64,000 nt of DNA from Pecten maximus (taxonomy: Eukaryota). This document shows, in pieces, positions 12,691 through 46,655 of the stretch (position 1 is its first letter; the number at the start of each line of letters is the position of its first letter). A model generated the notes under the pieces. It did not search any database and was not told where the DNA came from. It saw nothing but the letters and a program-made list of their open reading frames with translations. The position numbers and the translations under genes are program-made. The stretch is from assembly GCF_902652985.1 (NCBI RefSeq), contig NC_047017.1, forward strand, positions 6,200,001-6,264,000, given 5' to 3'.

Positions 12691-14339
12691 AAGGATAAAT
12701 CGGATTTCTGACAATTTTAACCCTGGCTGCTATTGGTATGAGGTTTGTAAGGATGGATTTGGAAAGACACAAGCTTCACATTAGCACATGTATATGCGAT
12801 ATACCATAAATGACAGTCTTAATGTTTATTGATGAATAGTTGGTACATTGACGGATTGTGATGATAATATGACTCAAACAATTCATGTCTTAGAAAGTTA
12901 CACTCAAATGGCTTTAAGCTGATCTACTTTAAAGTCACAGGGATGAGATATGTTTAATGTTGGTTTAAAAGCAGAACGTCTATCCGTACGGGTACACGTC
13001 ATATCTTATGTAACTATTAAAGGCCCCTGGGCCACTTGTTTACCATTGAACTTACTCCAACTTCTTGTCAAACAACCGATTACATACACTGGAGAAACTA
13101 ACTACTATCCTGACTGGATTTACTCGACATTTTGATGTTAAGTGTTAAACGCTTGAGTACGTGCTAACTGCAATCACTGACGTTATTTCGAAGAAAAGTA
13201 AATTCGTACTTTACAAGACAAGACCACTGAGTCAATACACAACAACATCTAAGACCTCAAAATCAATATAAAAAGAAGCTCGAACAAACTAGTAACGATC
13301 CCAGAGTGATTGGTATTATATGGGACCGACGAAAACATCCAGATAAGGACGTTGGACACCTAACATTAAAATTCGGTCGAGAAAACAAACAGAACTGACG
13401 GGGAAATTATTGAATAGTGAATTTGTTTTTTTAAACATAGCGATTTGACGAGCATGAATCTTAGTGTTGGAGGTCGTATAGGCAATGAATGTAAAACTGC
13501 ATCGCCGGTTTGTAAATTTTAGAGACATTGGTGTGAATCTTGACGTGGATAAAAACTAAATCGGTTCTTTATAACATGTAGCTATCAGTGTCAACCCGTG
13601 AACCTGCAAACATTTAGAAAATGGGGCAGTTCGTAATAACTAATATCTAAGAAGCGATAAAATCAGCGATCAGATACCATTGTTCTGATTCCTTAAGTGG
13701 GTATAGGACTTTCTTCAAATCCTATTCTGTAAGCATGTATGACAAAACAAAATCCTATATCTGAATATAAACTGTAAGAGATACACAAGATATAGTTGTT
13801 GTTTGAAAATGATGTGCCGAAACGAAACTTTTTTGGAAATATATAGATAAGTCCAGTGATCCCTTTTATTGTAGAACAAACTGCAAATACATGTAAAGGA
13901 ATCGCAAAACTTAAAAGCACAGTCTGAAAAAAATCTCTCTAATTTTGTTATGCAATGATGTTTCTCTTTGGCGTTTTGCATTAATAAATTATGTAATATC
14001 GTATTGTTATACGTTCCACGACACTCCAGGTATATTTGGTCCATGCTGCCGCCATCATCGACTGTCTTATCGATTCAATTAATTTTATTTCCGTCCATTT
14101 CCAACACGATCCAATACGGGTACATATACGTGTTTACGCTAGTAAGGGGATTTCCCTACGCGGATCATGTTTATTTATAGATTTACCGAGCTATGACTCA
14201 AGATCGAAACTCGACGCTGTAAGTTCCATGTCATCAGATCTAGAGGTGTGCATACATGTATATTAACACTGGAAAATCATGTTAACGTTTATTACCAATT
14301 AGGACGAGACAGAAACGATCATTTCACAACAACAGCGAC

Positions 14340-19300
<4,961 letters not shown>

Positions 19301-19573
19301 AAATTAATGTTGGGATTTATATAATATAGATATAATGTGCAATAATCTATACTGAAGATATGTAGGAAGTTTTGACGAACGTGAATATTTACATGTACAA
19401 TGCACTATATATGCATTGAAATGTTCGTCGTGTGTATTCATAGGGCGGTTTTTATTAGTATTGTAAACGGTTTTAACGACGAAACAACTACAACAGGAAA
19501 TTCAAATCTTTATCTTCGGATCACCAACACAGAGTGTATATGATACATTGTGCTAATTATTTGTTATATAACA

Positions 19574-19652
19574 TAGTAACACAAATGACGAAAGAAGACA
19601 ACTTTATGACTCGTGCCCTGACCGGGCCTCGAACTCACGATCTATACGGCAT
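19574..19652 (-). mobile_element. Fragment of tRNA-SINE family B
   Basis: The minus strand reads gagttcgaggcccggtcagggcacgagtcataaagttgtcttctttcgtcatttgtgttac, matching 4836-4898. Confidence 0.6.
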
Positions 19653-20289
19653 CCGTCTACATATATATACAAAAATGTATATAATAGATTTTATTGGATT
19701 CGTGTCATCGATATTAGTGTTACTAAAACACATTCCTTTGTTATAAACACAACAGATTGACATATATAGGTTGTGATATGGTATACAACAATTGTTCTAA
19801 GAATCGACATCAATACCAACCCAGGGTACTGATAATGACATTCTGTACAAAAGGCCCGTATTGAAATTGACATCACTTCCAATCCAAGTTACTGGAAATG
19901 ACATTTCGTGATATACATATATATATAAATATGATATATGTACAAAAGACGTGATTTTTGTCTAGCTTATTGCTTGTTTGATAAAGGATGTGAATTAAGT
20001 GTATATTCATGCAGTATATTTCATGCATAATGAAAATGACAACCGAGAATGCTGTAGTCTACATTTGTATTTATATAATGTATATGGATATACGGTTATC
20101 TTGATATACAATATACATGGATACATGTATATTACGCTATACTGAGGATCGATCGATATCAAGATCAGCTATTTACCAATGGTAGATGAGTTAATGAGTA
20201 TACACTGTATCTTATTTATGATAATGATATATACATGTATATTATACTCTACGGTATCTGTGATAAGGACTTTTCAGGAACGAATGTTT

Positions 20290-20680
20290 GTGAAAGTAGT
20301 TTATTATAGAGATTATTATATATGAAGAATTCATATAAAATGTCTACATTTCTTAATGTAAACTGAATAAATTTGTACATACAACTTTATTTTTTAAAAA
20401 AATATTACGAAAAGTTATTTAATTATAGATTACAATATATAAAGAATTCAGATAAAATGTCTACATTTTCATGTAAAATCATATTTGATAATTTTGTACA
20501 TATACATTTTGTACATGTAACATTGTTATGAAGAGAAATGTTACAAAAAGTTATTTGATTATAACGATTATTATGTATAAAGAATTCAGATAAAATGTCT
20601 ACATTTTTTAATGTAAAATCATATTTGATAATTTTGTACGAACAACTTTGTTATTAAAAGAAATGTTACGAAAAGTTATT
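20290..20680. repeat. Degenerate AT-rich tandem repeat, about 3 units of 120-135 bp
   Basis: aagaattca(g/t)ataaaatgtctacattt occurs three times. Confidence 0.75.
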
Positions 20681-23019
20681 TCTTTCTATCTATCTATTTC
20701 TAATGCGGACGTAACATATACACCCCACCCTATCAATGTCTCAATGTAAATACAGAAGTCGTATTTTTAGCCCTCTTTTGTCTTTACAACCCAAATAATC
20801 GTAAAATCAACATATCTTTAAAAATGAGCAAGAGCCAAAATTAAAAAAAGTGTTTCCGTTAAACGATTCTGTACGATACAACGTCCGTCTTCCTACTAGT
20901 AGTCACACAAAAAAGCGGGATGAGGGATAATCTGTACGGATAATCCATGGGGATAATCCCACACTCCGAATATGAAATTATATTTCAACAACGCAGAGCT
21001 AATGAATTCGTGTAGGAAAACATATCAACGAAATCAAAATTAAAGCTCAAAACTGATCATACGAGGGCAAAATATAAGCAAAAATATAGAGTTGTATGGA
21101 GACTCCTGAACGAGTACAAGGAGGAATGCTCCGGAAGAGAAAGCGTCTCCTGCTTCATTGACGACACTAGCTATACAAATGGAGATCAAATCCGGGTTAA
21201 GTCACAATATGAAATTAGTTACAGGGTGGTGAGAACGGAACCATCAGGCATATCAACATCGAATACGCCTGACTTCATATCGCATAACTAAACAAGATAT
21301 TTCCAAATCGGGTCATGTCGACCATGGGTATGCCAACAGTCCATTGGAAGATCTGGTTACCAAACTCCACAAAGATTTTGTTGATAAGATATTCAATCAT
21401 TATCTTTGAACCCTAGTCGTATGTTTTATGAAATACTCTTCCGTATAATTTACAACTTCACGTATATTCCTATAAAGCCATTCGCCTTTTTTGGAAATGA
21501 AAACACTCATCACTAGAGAACGAAGGCGTTCCTTATGTTAATGGAGAATGGTAGTGTAAAGAGTAGAAAAATCTAAATCAATTATTTTGATGGAATAAAG
21601 GTTTTGTAAGAGCGGATATTCAATGTTTTATTCTTTCGAGTTCAAATCCGTGGAGTAAACAGTATCCCAATAGGACTGCAGCCCGATTTAAATGTACTAA
21701 ATTGATAGTAAGACGTTTAGATAAAGGCTTAGTTGAACCAATTTTACACAGAATGTTTGACAGACCCATCGTATTCAATACGTCAATGAATTGCATGAGG
21801 TGGTATAGATGATAACGAATTAAGAAATAACAAAGATTTTAGAAGGTGAAATCAGAAGTCTCATGCAAGTGAACCCATGCCGCCTGAGTAACAAGTTCCG
21901 AACATTTTTCTTTGACGAAGGCCAAAAATAAAAACATTGGTCAGAGTGGCCTTCTTCTGTAGCATGACACATCGCCTAGAAGAGCCCTTGGTTGAAATAT
22001 GAAGTTCCACTGACAGTAGTGTATAAGATAGATCCCGGGCAAGTGGCATTGAGGGAGGACGAATGGACACCACTCAAACTGTAACCCCCTCCCGATTTAC
22101 GATGGGGGACTAATAATGCAGCGAACAAACACAAGTTCGAGGCTCTATATATGATGAGAGTACGTGTGCCATAATATTACTAGATTTGTTAATGCAGGCG
22201 AAATGATGGGACAGACATTCTGTCAACAAACTTTGAAGTAAGAAATGAAATGTGGTTGCCGTGATATATCCCATCAAAGAGAGAAATAGAGGATATTGAA
22301 TGATTTGATATTTCGCACTCGTGAAAAATATCGAAATATTCTGTCATACGAGTTCGATGAGGTGAATACAAAGGTAAGCTCTGATTGGTCAAAAACGGAA
22401 AACTTACGTTTTCACTGCAAAACTTATATAAGTTTTGTTATTTTGATAAATTTCTATATTTCATTGGCAAAAATGCAATAAATACAAATATTAAACAAAA
22501 TCATTTATCTGAAAGAGACAAAATCTTCTTCATACTAATACTGGCAATTATGGGGTGCAATTCCTTGAAAACTTTGTGTTGATAAGGAGTAAGATGGTAC
22601 TAGTATTGGAATACTACGAATAAACAAATCCAACATAGCCAACCAGTGTAATATTTTGCTTTTGCAACATGATGAATGTTCATGTTAGTTTGTTGAGTAC
22701 AATGGTAGGACTAATTTTAGAAAATCGATCAACTATGATAATAAGTTGAATCGACCTGAAATAGGATATGTTTATGGTCATGATAACACTACCATGGCCT
22801 GACCAATTTTGAGAGGTGAACATATCTCCACCAGTCAGCTAATGGGTAGTCTTCACTAGTTGAATCACATGAAAAATAAACAACGCTTTGTCAAGAATGT
22901 GAGGAATGAAGTATGAAGTGTTAATAGGACTGCTGGAAATGTAGTAACGGTAAAATAAAAATCAAATTAAAACAAATCATGTGAAACAAGGTCCGTTATT
23001 TGATCTCAGCTCTTACAAG

Positions 23020-23365
23020 TAGTCATAGGGTAACCTGTAGAAATAAAGGGATATTGAAATCATCACCTTAAAGAATAAAGTAATACAAAGGTAATACCGG
23101 TTATCAGTTCTTACAGAAATACAGGGGCAGTGAAATAAACATCTCGATGAATAAAGTTACATGCAGGTAATACCGGTAATCAGTTCTTACAGAAATACAA
23201 GGGCAGTGAAATAAACATCTCAAGGAATAAAATCACACGCATGGAATACCGGTTACAGTTCTTACTGAAATACAAGGGCAGTGAAATAAACACCTCATGG
23301 AATTAAGTCAAACGCAGGTAATACCGGTAATCAGCTCTCACAGAAATACAGGGGTACTGAAATCA
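23020..23365. repeat. Tandem repeat of about 75 bp, 4-5 units
   Basis: Repeats of aggtaataccggtaatcagttcttacagaaatacaagggcagtgaaataaacatctc. Confidence 0.85.
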
Positions 23366-24978
23366 AGGAATAAGATATCCCAGAGGGATCATATGGTGCC
23401 AGCCATCGAATGGCCTTCATCAGATCTCTGTAAAACTGACCGTTTCTCTGCTTTTGTCTTCTTCCTCTGACTAATTTGGGAATAAAAAGAACAAGAACCT
23501 TCATAATCAATTCGAGAAAAAACAACCAAGAACTCTCTGAGAAATAGGAATAACACACTTCATCTAATACAAAAGGAATCCAAATGAAATTCAAGAAATA
23601 TCCACCAATACCATGCACAACTAAGCACAACCGGGAACCTACAGGTTCAAGGAAGAACTTTCTGAGAAATAGCGATAATAAATTTCAACTGTAAAAATCA
23701 AAAATGGCCGCCTATCGGTCAACTTGTTTTCCGATCAGTCGCAAAATGGAACATGCACGACTGGGGACCAAGGGGAACCTACATATGAATTTCAAGAAAG
23801 ACCCATGGAGAAATAACATTACAAAAATGTTTAAAGGACGGATGGACAGACGCCGGACGAAGAACGATTTGAATAGACCACAATTTGATGAGTTGGCTAA
23901 TAAAATGTCACACAAAAGAAAATGTCACACAAAAGAAATACTTATTTCATCACCATGTCCTTCGCCAGTTATCTCTTAAATCATTGTCTCCTCTCATCAG
24001 ACGGACTTTCACCTAACAGAATTGATGATCTGCTCTGAATAAAATAAACATTTTCTATTTACTAGCATAACTGTATATACAATTAATATACCACAGTTGT
24101 TTTCTTGGCCAGAATCTTTATGGTATTTTTTTTTCATATTTAAGAGTTCAGAACATTTGACTCTTGATATGATGTACAATTCAATAATCTATTTTCCTAT
24201 TTCCATCTTAGACGTACTTGGTTTGATGAATTTATTCCTATTTTGTAATTTTGTTGACAGGCTCTTTATCTTTTAAAAACGAACTGCTGATGTAACTCCT
24301 AATAGTGTGTTATTTTGTTTTTATTTACACACACCGAGACTGTATACTGTTATCTCATAGACGCCGGAAGAGATGTGTTCTAAACCTAAGGAGACATTTC
24401 CTGATCTTGTTACATGCATGTACAATATAATTTAAGTTAAGATGGATTAAGTGGAGTATTAGAAAAGGCTACATGTCCACACTGTCAACACGTAATTACT
24501 ATATATAGATTTAAAAAATAACACCCAGCATATATTGACTTGATCGATATTTCGGACTATCATATTGTTATCAGTCATATATACCATATATACTACTTAT
24601 CAACAAACACGGATGTCCCCCATATATCTATATACACCTATGTGGCTATTTTGGACTATTATGTCGATATTAGTCATTTAAATCCATATACCAGTTATCA
24701 ACAAACAGGGGTGCTCTCCATATCTATATATACACCTATAGATTACCTCTGGTATACTATAGTGTATGTACTAGTATTCAAAGGGGGGAATCCCCTGTAC
24801 GAATAATGTATATATATAGGTATAACGGTATGACTCACAATCAAAACCCAACGCTGTAAGTTCCATGTCATCGCTCTAGAGGTCTACATATAAACACTGC
24901 CAAATCGTGTATAGGTCATAACACAGAAACATAGGCACAGAAGTAGACGGACACCCCACGGAAATTAACAACATTATC

Positions 24979-28081
<3,103 letters not shown>

Positions 28082-30481
28082 AGACATGGAAACAGGAGTT
28101 AACTATAACGGGTCATACATATAATTAGAGGCTACTTGTCACAACCCACCTGATTCTGTATTAATACAGATAGTGCCTTTATATAAGTGGTGCCAAAATG
28201 AGCCGATTGACTTTGAAGTTACTAGGGCACACATTTCTTCATATGACATCAACATGTTGTAATTGACAATGTTCACGTGATTTTTAAAAGGAAAAATAGT
28301 TCAATTATGTTATAAAGAATCCCCAACTTGTAGACAAGATAATGAACCTCGGTCGATATTACTTAATCTGTTATCACATACTGCAGATATTTAAGGCGGA
28401 TTGTACATCAGTGTAGAGTGCATGCTAAGAATCGACATCAGTTTCAATCCAAGTTACTGGTAATGACATTCGGAGATGCTGCTCTCAATTATAGCGATCA
28501 AATTATAAAAAAATTGTTGGGATGAAAATGAGGTACATATACTATATTTAGAGAATCGATATCAGTTCTATATACAAGTCACTGATAATGACATTCGTCA
28601 ATACTTTATTGTACATCATTATCTTTTTCAATGTGATAGAGATATGATCATACTCGGAATCGACACCAGTTTCAATCCAAGTTACTGGTAATGACATTCG
28701 GAGATGCTGCGATCAAAATATAAAAAATCTGTTGGGATGAAAATGAGGTACATATACTATGTTTAGAGAATCGACATCAGTTCTATATACAGGTCACTGA
28801 TAATGACATTCGTCAATTCTGTACTGTACATTGTTATCTTAACATTATGTGATAGAGATATTATCATACTCGGATTCGACACCAGTTTCAATCCAAGAGA
28901 CTGATAATGACATTCGGAGATGCTGCCCACGAATAGGAGCTCAAGAATCTTCAGCATGGAAACGAGATAAATATATATACATACACAGTATATATATTTT
29001 ACAGAGATATTCAACATCAGTCAGTGGTAATGATATTTAGTGTATAATAAATGTATAAAAATATATGTACAGTATATTAAAGATGTAAATTTAACATTTG
29101 TACAGAAGTAAAATGGATTTTTAGCAAAGTTGTTCAGAACAAAGGTGTTTAGCACTCTAATTACATTTGATATACATTATATATGTTAGTACACGAGTAA
29201 TGCTGATTGATATTTAATAATTATCTAATCAAACACCGATAGATATTTACACTACTCATGTGATATTTTAAACAAAGAAGTGTTAGCATAATTTACCATA
29301 CTGCAATTTTACAAAACACTAAGTTTTCTAGTAAAATAATTTTTGCATAAATTCTTGGTAGCCACATGGTACTATCTTAATGTATTTGCCAAAAATTAAC
29401 GCAGGGCATTTGTCCTCGTTTAGTAGTTTCTGAATACATTTCTATGAGGTATTAAATCTTATAATCAATGTACTCGTGTGATCGCTTCTTGTCATGAAAT
29501 GACACAAAAATACAGGTGGTCTTAATAGAGAGACTTCGCTGTAGTTATTACGCGAAACTTATGATGTAGATTATTTGCTTATCCAAATGTTAACTATTTT
29601 TGTATGTTTTGATAAATTGTTATCCATCGATTTGATCACAAGAATATGATGGGTTTTTTTTTTAAATGTTTATACTTTTGTAATTATACCATTGTTATAA
29701 TAAAATGTTGCACAAAACTTGATGCTTTGATGTTTTTGTATAATGGCATTTGACTATTAAACAAATATATATTTACAAACTGATGGACAAAGGATATGGC
29801 AAATGACAAATAACTAGTAAGATTTTAGTACCGTTCGGTACTGAATCAGAAACAATGGAGTGAAAAATTCATTGAACTACACCATACAGCTGTTTTGTCC
29901 TTAATTCTTGGAGACGACTGAAAAAGCAATAGTCCATAATAAAATAAATGTCATAATTCTATATATTGGAATAAAAGGGAGGACAAGAACGCCGGTTAAT
30001 TCAGAATCGTGTCAGTATTGAAATTAATTTAAACGTGACATACACATTATAGCGATTTGTCGATATACGTTCCAAATCAAGAAACATGTAGACCACGTGC
30101 TCGGGTTGTTCTAAATTTAGAAACCAAGCGTTCATATGGTATACCAGTATATCGACCAGCATGTGACCACCTCTAATACAATCAAAACAAGAAATACAGG
30201 CATATGTAATTATATTGTCCAGTAAACCAAAGGAAACTCGGACTGTTACAAATAGATATAATCAATAAACACCCAGCATATATTGACTTGATCAGGTCCA
30301 TAAGATATTTCGGACTATTATATATACCACCTATATCTATATTACACCTATAGCTTACTATTGATATACTATAGTGTTCGTGAGAAGGGGTATCCCTGTG
30401 CGAGTAAAAACCCATCGCTCTAGAGGTCTACAGTTCACGACAGAAGTAGACGGACACCCCACGTACATTACCAACATTATC

Positions 30482-34147
<3,666 letters not shown>

Positions 34148-36552
34148 AGACATGGAAACAGGAGTTAACTATAACGGGTCATACATATAATTAGAGGCTA
34201 CTTGTCACAACCCACCTGATTCTGTATAATTACAGATAGTGCCTTTATATAAGTGGTGCCGAAATGAGCCGATTGACTTAGAAGTTATACTAGGGCACAC
34301 ATTTCTTCATATGACATCAGCATGTTGAAATTGACAATGTTCACGTGATTTTTAAAAAGAAAATTAGCTCAATTATGTTATTAGGAATCCCCAACTTGTA
34401 GACAAGATAATGAACCTCGGTCGATATTACTTAATCTGTTATCACATACTGCAGATATTTAAGGCGGATTGTACATCAGTGTAGAGTGCATGCTAAGAAT
34501 CGACATCAGTTTCAATCCAAGTTACTGTTAATGACATTCACAGATGCTGCTCTCAATTATAGCGATCAAATTATAAAAAAATTGTTGGGATGAAAATGAG
34601 GTACATATACTATATTTAGAGAATCGATATCAGTTCTATATACAAGTCACTGATAATGACATTCGTCAATACTATATTGTACATCATTATCTTTTTCAAT
34701 GTGATAGAGATATGATCATACTCGGAATCGACACCAGTTTCAATCCAAGTTACTGGTAATGACATTCGGAGATGCTGCGATCAAAATATAAAAAATCTGT
34801 TGGGATGAAAATGAGGTACATATACTATGTTTAGAGAATCGACATCAGTTCTATATACAGGTCACTGATAATGACATTCGTCAATTCTGTACTGTACATT
34901 GTTATCTTAACATTATGTGATAGAGATATTATCATACTCGGAATCGACACCAGTTTCAATCCAAGTTACTGGTAATGACATTCGGAGATGCTGCCCACGA
35001 ATAGGAGCTCAAGAATCTTCAGCATGGAAACGAGATAAATGTATATACATACACAGTATATATACTTTACAGAGATATTCAACATCAGTCAGTGATAATG
35101 ATATTTGATGTATGATTAGTGTATATACAATATATGTACAGTACATCAAAGATGTAAATTTAACATTTGTAAAGAAGTAAAATGGATTTTTAGCAAAATT
35201 GCTCAGTACAAAGGTGTTTAGCACACTAATTACATTTGATATACATTATATATGTTATTAATTGTGACTGATGATTAATAATATTCTAATCACACCCTGA
35301 TATATATTTACACTATTCGTGTGATAGTTCATACAAATTAGTGTTAGCATATTTACCATACTGTAATTTTACAAAACACTTAGTTTTCTTGTAAAATTAT
35401 TTTCGCGGTAATTTCTTGGCAGCCACACGTTTTAAGAATTTATTTGCCAAAAAAATAACGCAGGGCATTTGTCCTCGTTTAGTAGTTTCTGAATACATTT
35501 CTATGGGGTATTAAATCTTATAATGAATGAATGTACTCGCTTCTGGTCATGAAATGACACAAAAATACAGGTCGTCTAAATAGAGAGACTTCGCTGTAGT
35601 TATTACGCCAAACGTATGATGTAGTGATCTACAGTATTTGCTTATCCAAATATTAATTATTTTTGTATGTTTTGATAAATTGTTATCCATCGATTTGATC
35701 ACAAGAATATGATGGTTTTTTTTTTTAAATGTTTATACTTTTGTAATTATACCATTGTTATAATAAAATGTTGCACAAAACTTGATGCTTTGATGTTTTT
35801 GTATAATGGCATTTGACTATTAAACAAATATATATTTACAAACTGATGGACAAAGGATATGGCAAATGACAAACAACAAGTAAGATTTTAGCACCTTTCG
35901 GTACTGAATCAGAAACAATGGAGTGAAAAATTCATTGAACTACACCACACAGCTGTTTTGTCCTTAATTCTTGGAGACGACTGAAAAAGCAATAGTCCAT
36001 AATAAAATAAATGTCATAATTATATATATTGGAATAAAAGGGAGGACAAGAACGCCGGTTAATTCAGAATCGTGTCAGTATTGAAATTAATTTAAACGTG
36101 ACATACACATTATAGTGATTTGTCGATATACGTTCCAAATCAAGAAACATGTAGACCACGTGCTCGGGTTGTTCTAAATTTAGAAACAATGCGTTCATAT
36201 GGTATACCAGTATATCGACCAGCATGTGACCACCTCTAATGCAATCAAAACAAGAAATACTGGCATATGTAATTATTGTCCGGTAAACCAAAGGAAACTC
36301 GGACTGTTACATATAGATATAATCAATAAACACCCAGCATATATTGACTTGATCAGGTCCATAAGATATTTCGGACTATTATACATGTATATACCACCTA
36401 TATCTATATTACACCTATAGCTTAATTACTATTGATATACTATAGTGTTCGTGAGAAGGAGTATCCCTGTGCGGGTAAAAACCCATCGCTCTAGAGGTCT
36501 ACAGTTCACGACAGAAGTAGACGGACACCCCACGTACATTAACAACATTATC

Positions 36553-40108
<3,556 letters not shown>

Positions 40109-42684
40109 AGACATGGAGACAGGAGTTAACTATAACGGGTCATACATATAATTAGAGGCTACTTGTCACAACCCACCTGATTCTGTATTAATACAGATAG
40201 TGCCTTTATATAAGTGGTGCCAAAATGAGCCGATTGACTTTGAAGTTACTAGGGCACACATTTCTTCATATGCCATCAACATGTTGAAATTGACAATGTT
40301 CACGTGATTTTTAAAAGGAAAAATAGTTCAGTTATGTTATAAAGAATCCCAACTTGCAGACAAGATAATGAACCTCGGTCGACATTTCTATATCTGCAAT
40401 CCCATACTGGAGGTATTTAAGGCTGATTGTACATCAGTGTACAGTGCATGCTAAGAATCGATATCAGTTTCAATCCAAGTTACTGGTAATGACATTCACA
40501 GATGCTGCCCTCAATTACAACGATCAAAATATAAAAATCTGTTGGGATGAAAATGAGGTACATATTGTATGTTTACAAGTCACTGATAATAACATTCGTC
40601 GATGCTGTACTGTACGTCGCTATCGAATAATGTCCAGTGTAATAGAGATATTATCATACTCGAAATCGACATCAGTTTCAATCCAAGTAACTGGTAATGA
40701 CATTCGGAGATGCTGCTCTCAATTATAGCGATCAAAATATAAAAACTATGTTGGGACGAAAATGAGGTACATATACTATATTTAGAGAATCGATATCAGT
40801 TCTATATACAAGTCACTGATAATGACATTCGTCAATACTATATTGTACATCATGATCTTTTTCAATGTGATAGAGATATGATCATGCTAGGAATCGACAC
40901 CAGTTTCAAGCCAAGTTACTGGTAATGACATTCGGAGATGCTGCGATCAAAATATAAAAAATCTGTTGGGATGAAAATGAGGTACATATACTATGTTTAG
41001 AGAATCGACATCAGTTCTATATACAGGTCACTGATAATGACATTCGTCAATTCTGTACATTGTTATCTTAACATTATGTGATAGAGATATTATCATACTC
41101 GGATTCGACACCAGTTTCAATCCAAGAGACTGATAATGACATTCGGAGATGCTGCCCACGAATAGGAGCTCAAGAATCTTCAGCATGGAAACGAGATAAA
41201 TGTATATACATACACAGTATATATATTTTACAGAGATATTCAACATCAGTCAGTGGTAATGATATTTAGTGTATAATAAATGAATAAAAATATATGTACA
41301 GTATATTAAAGATGTAAATTTAACATTTGTACAGAAGTAAAATGGATTTTTAGCAAAGTTGTTCAGAACAAAGGTGTTTAGCACTCTAATTACATTTGAT
41401 ATACATTATATATGTTAGTACACGAGTAATGGTGATTGATATTTAATAATTATCTAATCAAACACCGATAGATATTTACACTACTCATGTGATATTTTAA
41501 ACAAAGAAGTGTTAGCATAATTTACCATACTGTAATTTTACAAAACACTTTAAGTTTTCTCGTAAAATAATTTTTGCATAAATTCTTGGTAGCCACATGG
41601 TACTATCTTAATGTATTTGCCAAAAATTAACGCAGGGCATTTGTCCTCGTTTATTAGTTTCTGAATACATTTCTATGAGGTATTAAATCTTATAATCAAT
41701 GTACTCGTGTGATCGCTTCTTGTCATGAAATGACACAAAAATACAGGTGGTCTTAATAGAGAGACTTCGCTGTAGTTATTACGCGAAACTTATGATGTAG
41801 ATTATTTGCTTATCCAAATGTTAACTATTTTTGTATGTTTTGATAAATTGTTATCCATCGATTTGATCGATCACAAGAATATGATTTTTTTTGTAAATGT
41901 TTATACTTTTGTAATTATACCATTGTTATAATAAAATGTTGCACAAAACTTGATGCTTTGATGTTTTTGTATAATGGCATTTGACTATTAAACAAATATA
42001 TATTTACAAACTGATGGACAAAGGATATGGCAAATGACAAATAACTAGTAAGATTTTAGCACCGTTCGGTACTGAATCAGAAACAATGGAGTGAAAAATT
42101 CATTGAACTACACCATATAGCTGTTTTGTCCTTAATTCTTGGAGACGACTGAAGAAGCAATAGTCCATAATAAAATAAATGTCATAATTCTAAATATTGG
42201 AATAAAAGGGAGGACGAGAACGCCGGTTAATTCAGAATCGTGTCAGTATTGAAATTAATTAAAACGTGACATACACATTATAGCGATTTGTCGATATACG
42301 TTCCAAATCAAGAAACATGTAGACCACGTGCTCGGGTTGTTCTAAATTTAGAAACAAAGCGTTCATATGGTATACCAGTATATCGATCAAAACAAGAAAT
42401 ACTGGCATATGTAATTATTGTCCAGTAAACCAAAGGAAACTCGGACTGTTATATATAGATATAATCAATAAACACCCAGCATATATTGACTTGATCAGGT
42501 CCATAAGATATTTCGGACTATTATATATACCCCCTATATCTATATTACACCTATAGCTTAATATTGATATACTATAGTGTTGGTGAGAAGGGGTATCCCT
42601 GTGCGGGTAAAAACCCATCGCTCTAGAGGTCTACAGTTCACGACAGAAGTAGACGGACACCCCACGTACATTAACAACATAATC

Positions 42685-46454
<3,770 letters not shown>

Positions 46455-46538
46455 AGATCTGAACACATGCGTTAATTATAGCGGGGCACACAGGGGCTCG
46501 GTTTCGGGATTCTGAGTAACATATGACATCAGTTAACA

Positions 46539-46655
46539 ACCACAACACTATAAATTAAGTATTCATATACATTCTGAAACCTTACCTGTTACATCGATAA
46601 CCCCAATTTTCAGAATTCAGAATGTATATGAAAACTTGATTTATAGTGTTATGGT
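46539..46655. repeat. Inverted repeat (stem of about 40 bp) just downstream of the copy 5 stop
   Basis: accacaacactataaattaagtattcatatacattctgaa pairs with ttcagaatgtatatgaaaacttgatttatagtgttatggt. Confidence 0.85.

Noticed and set aside
21080-21700. Possible degraded non-LTR or Penelope retroelement fragment
   Set aside because: Only a vague motif resemblance; no open frame or RT motif could be verified by eye.
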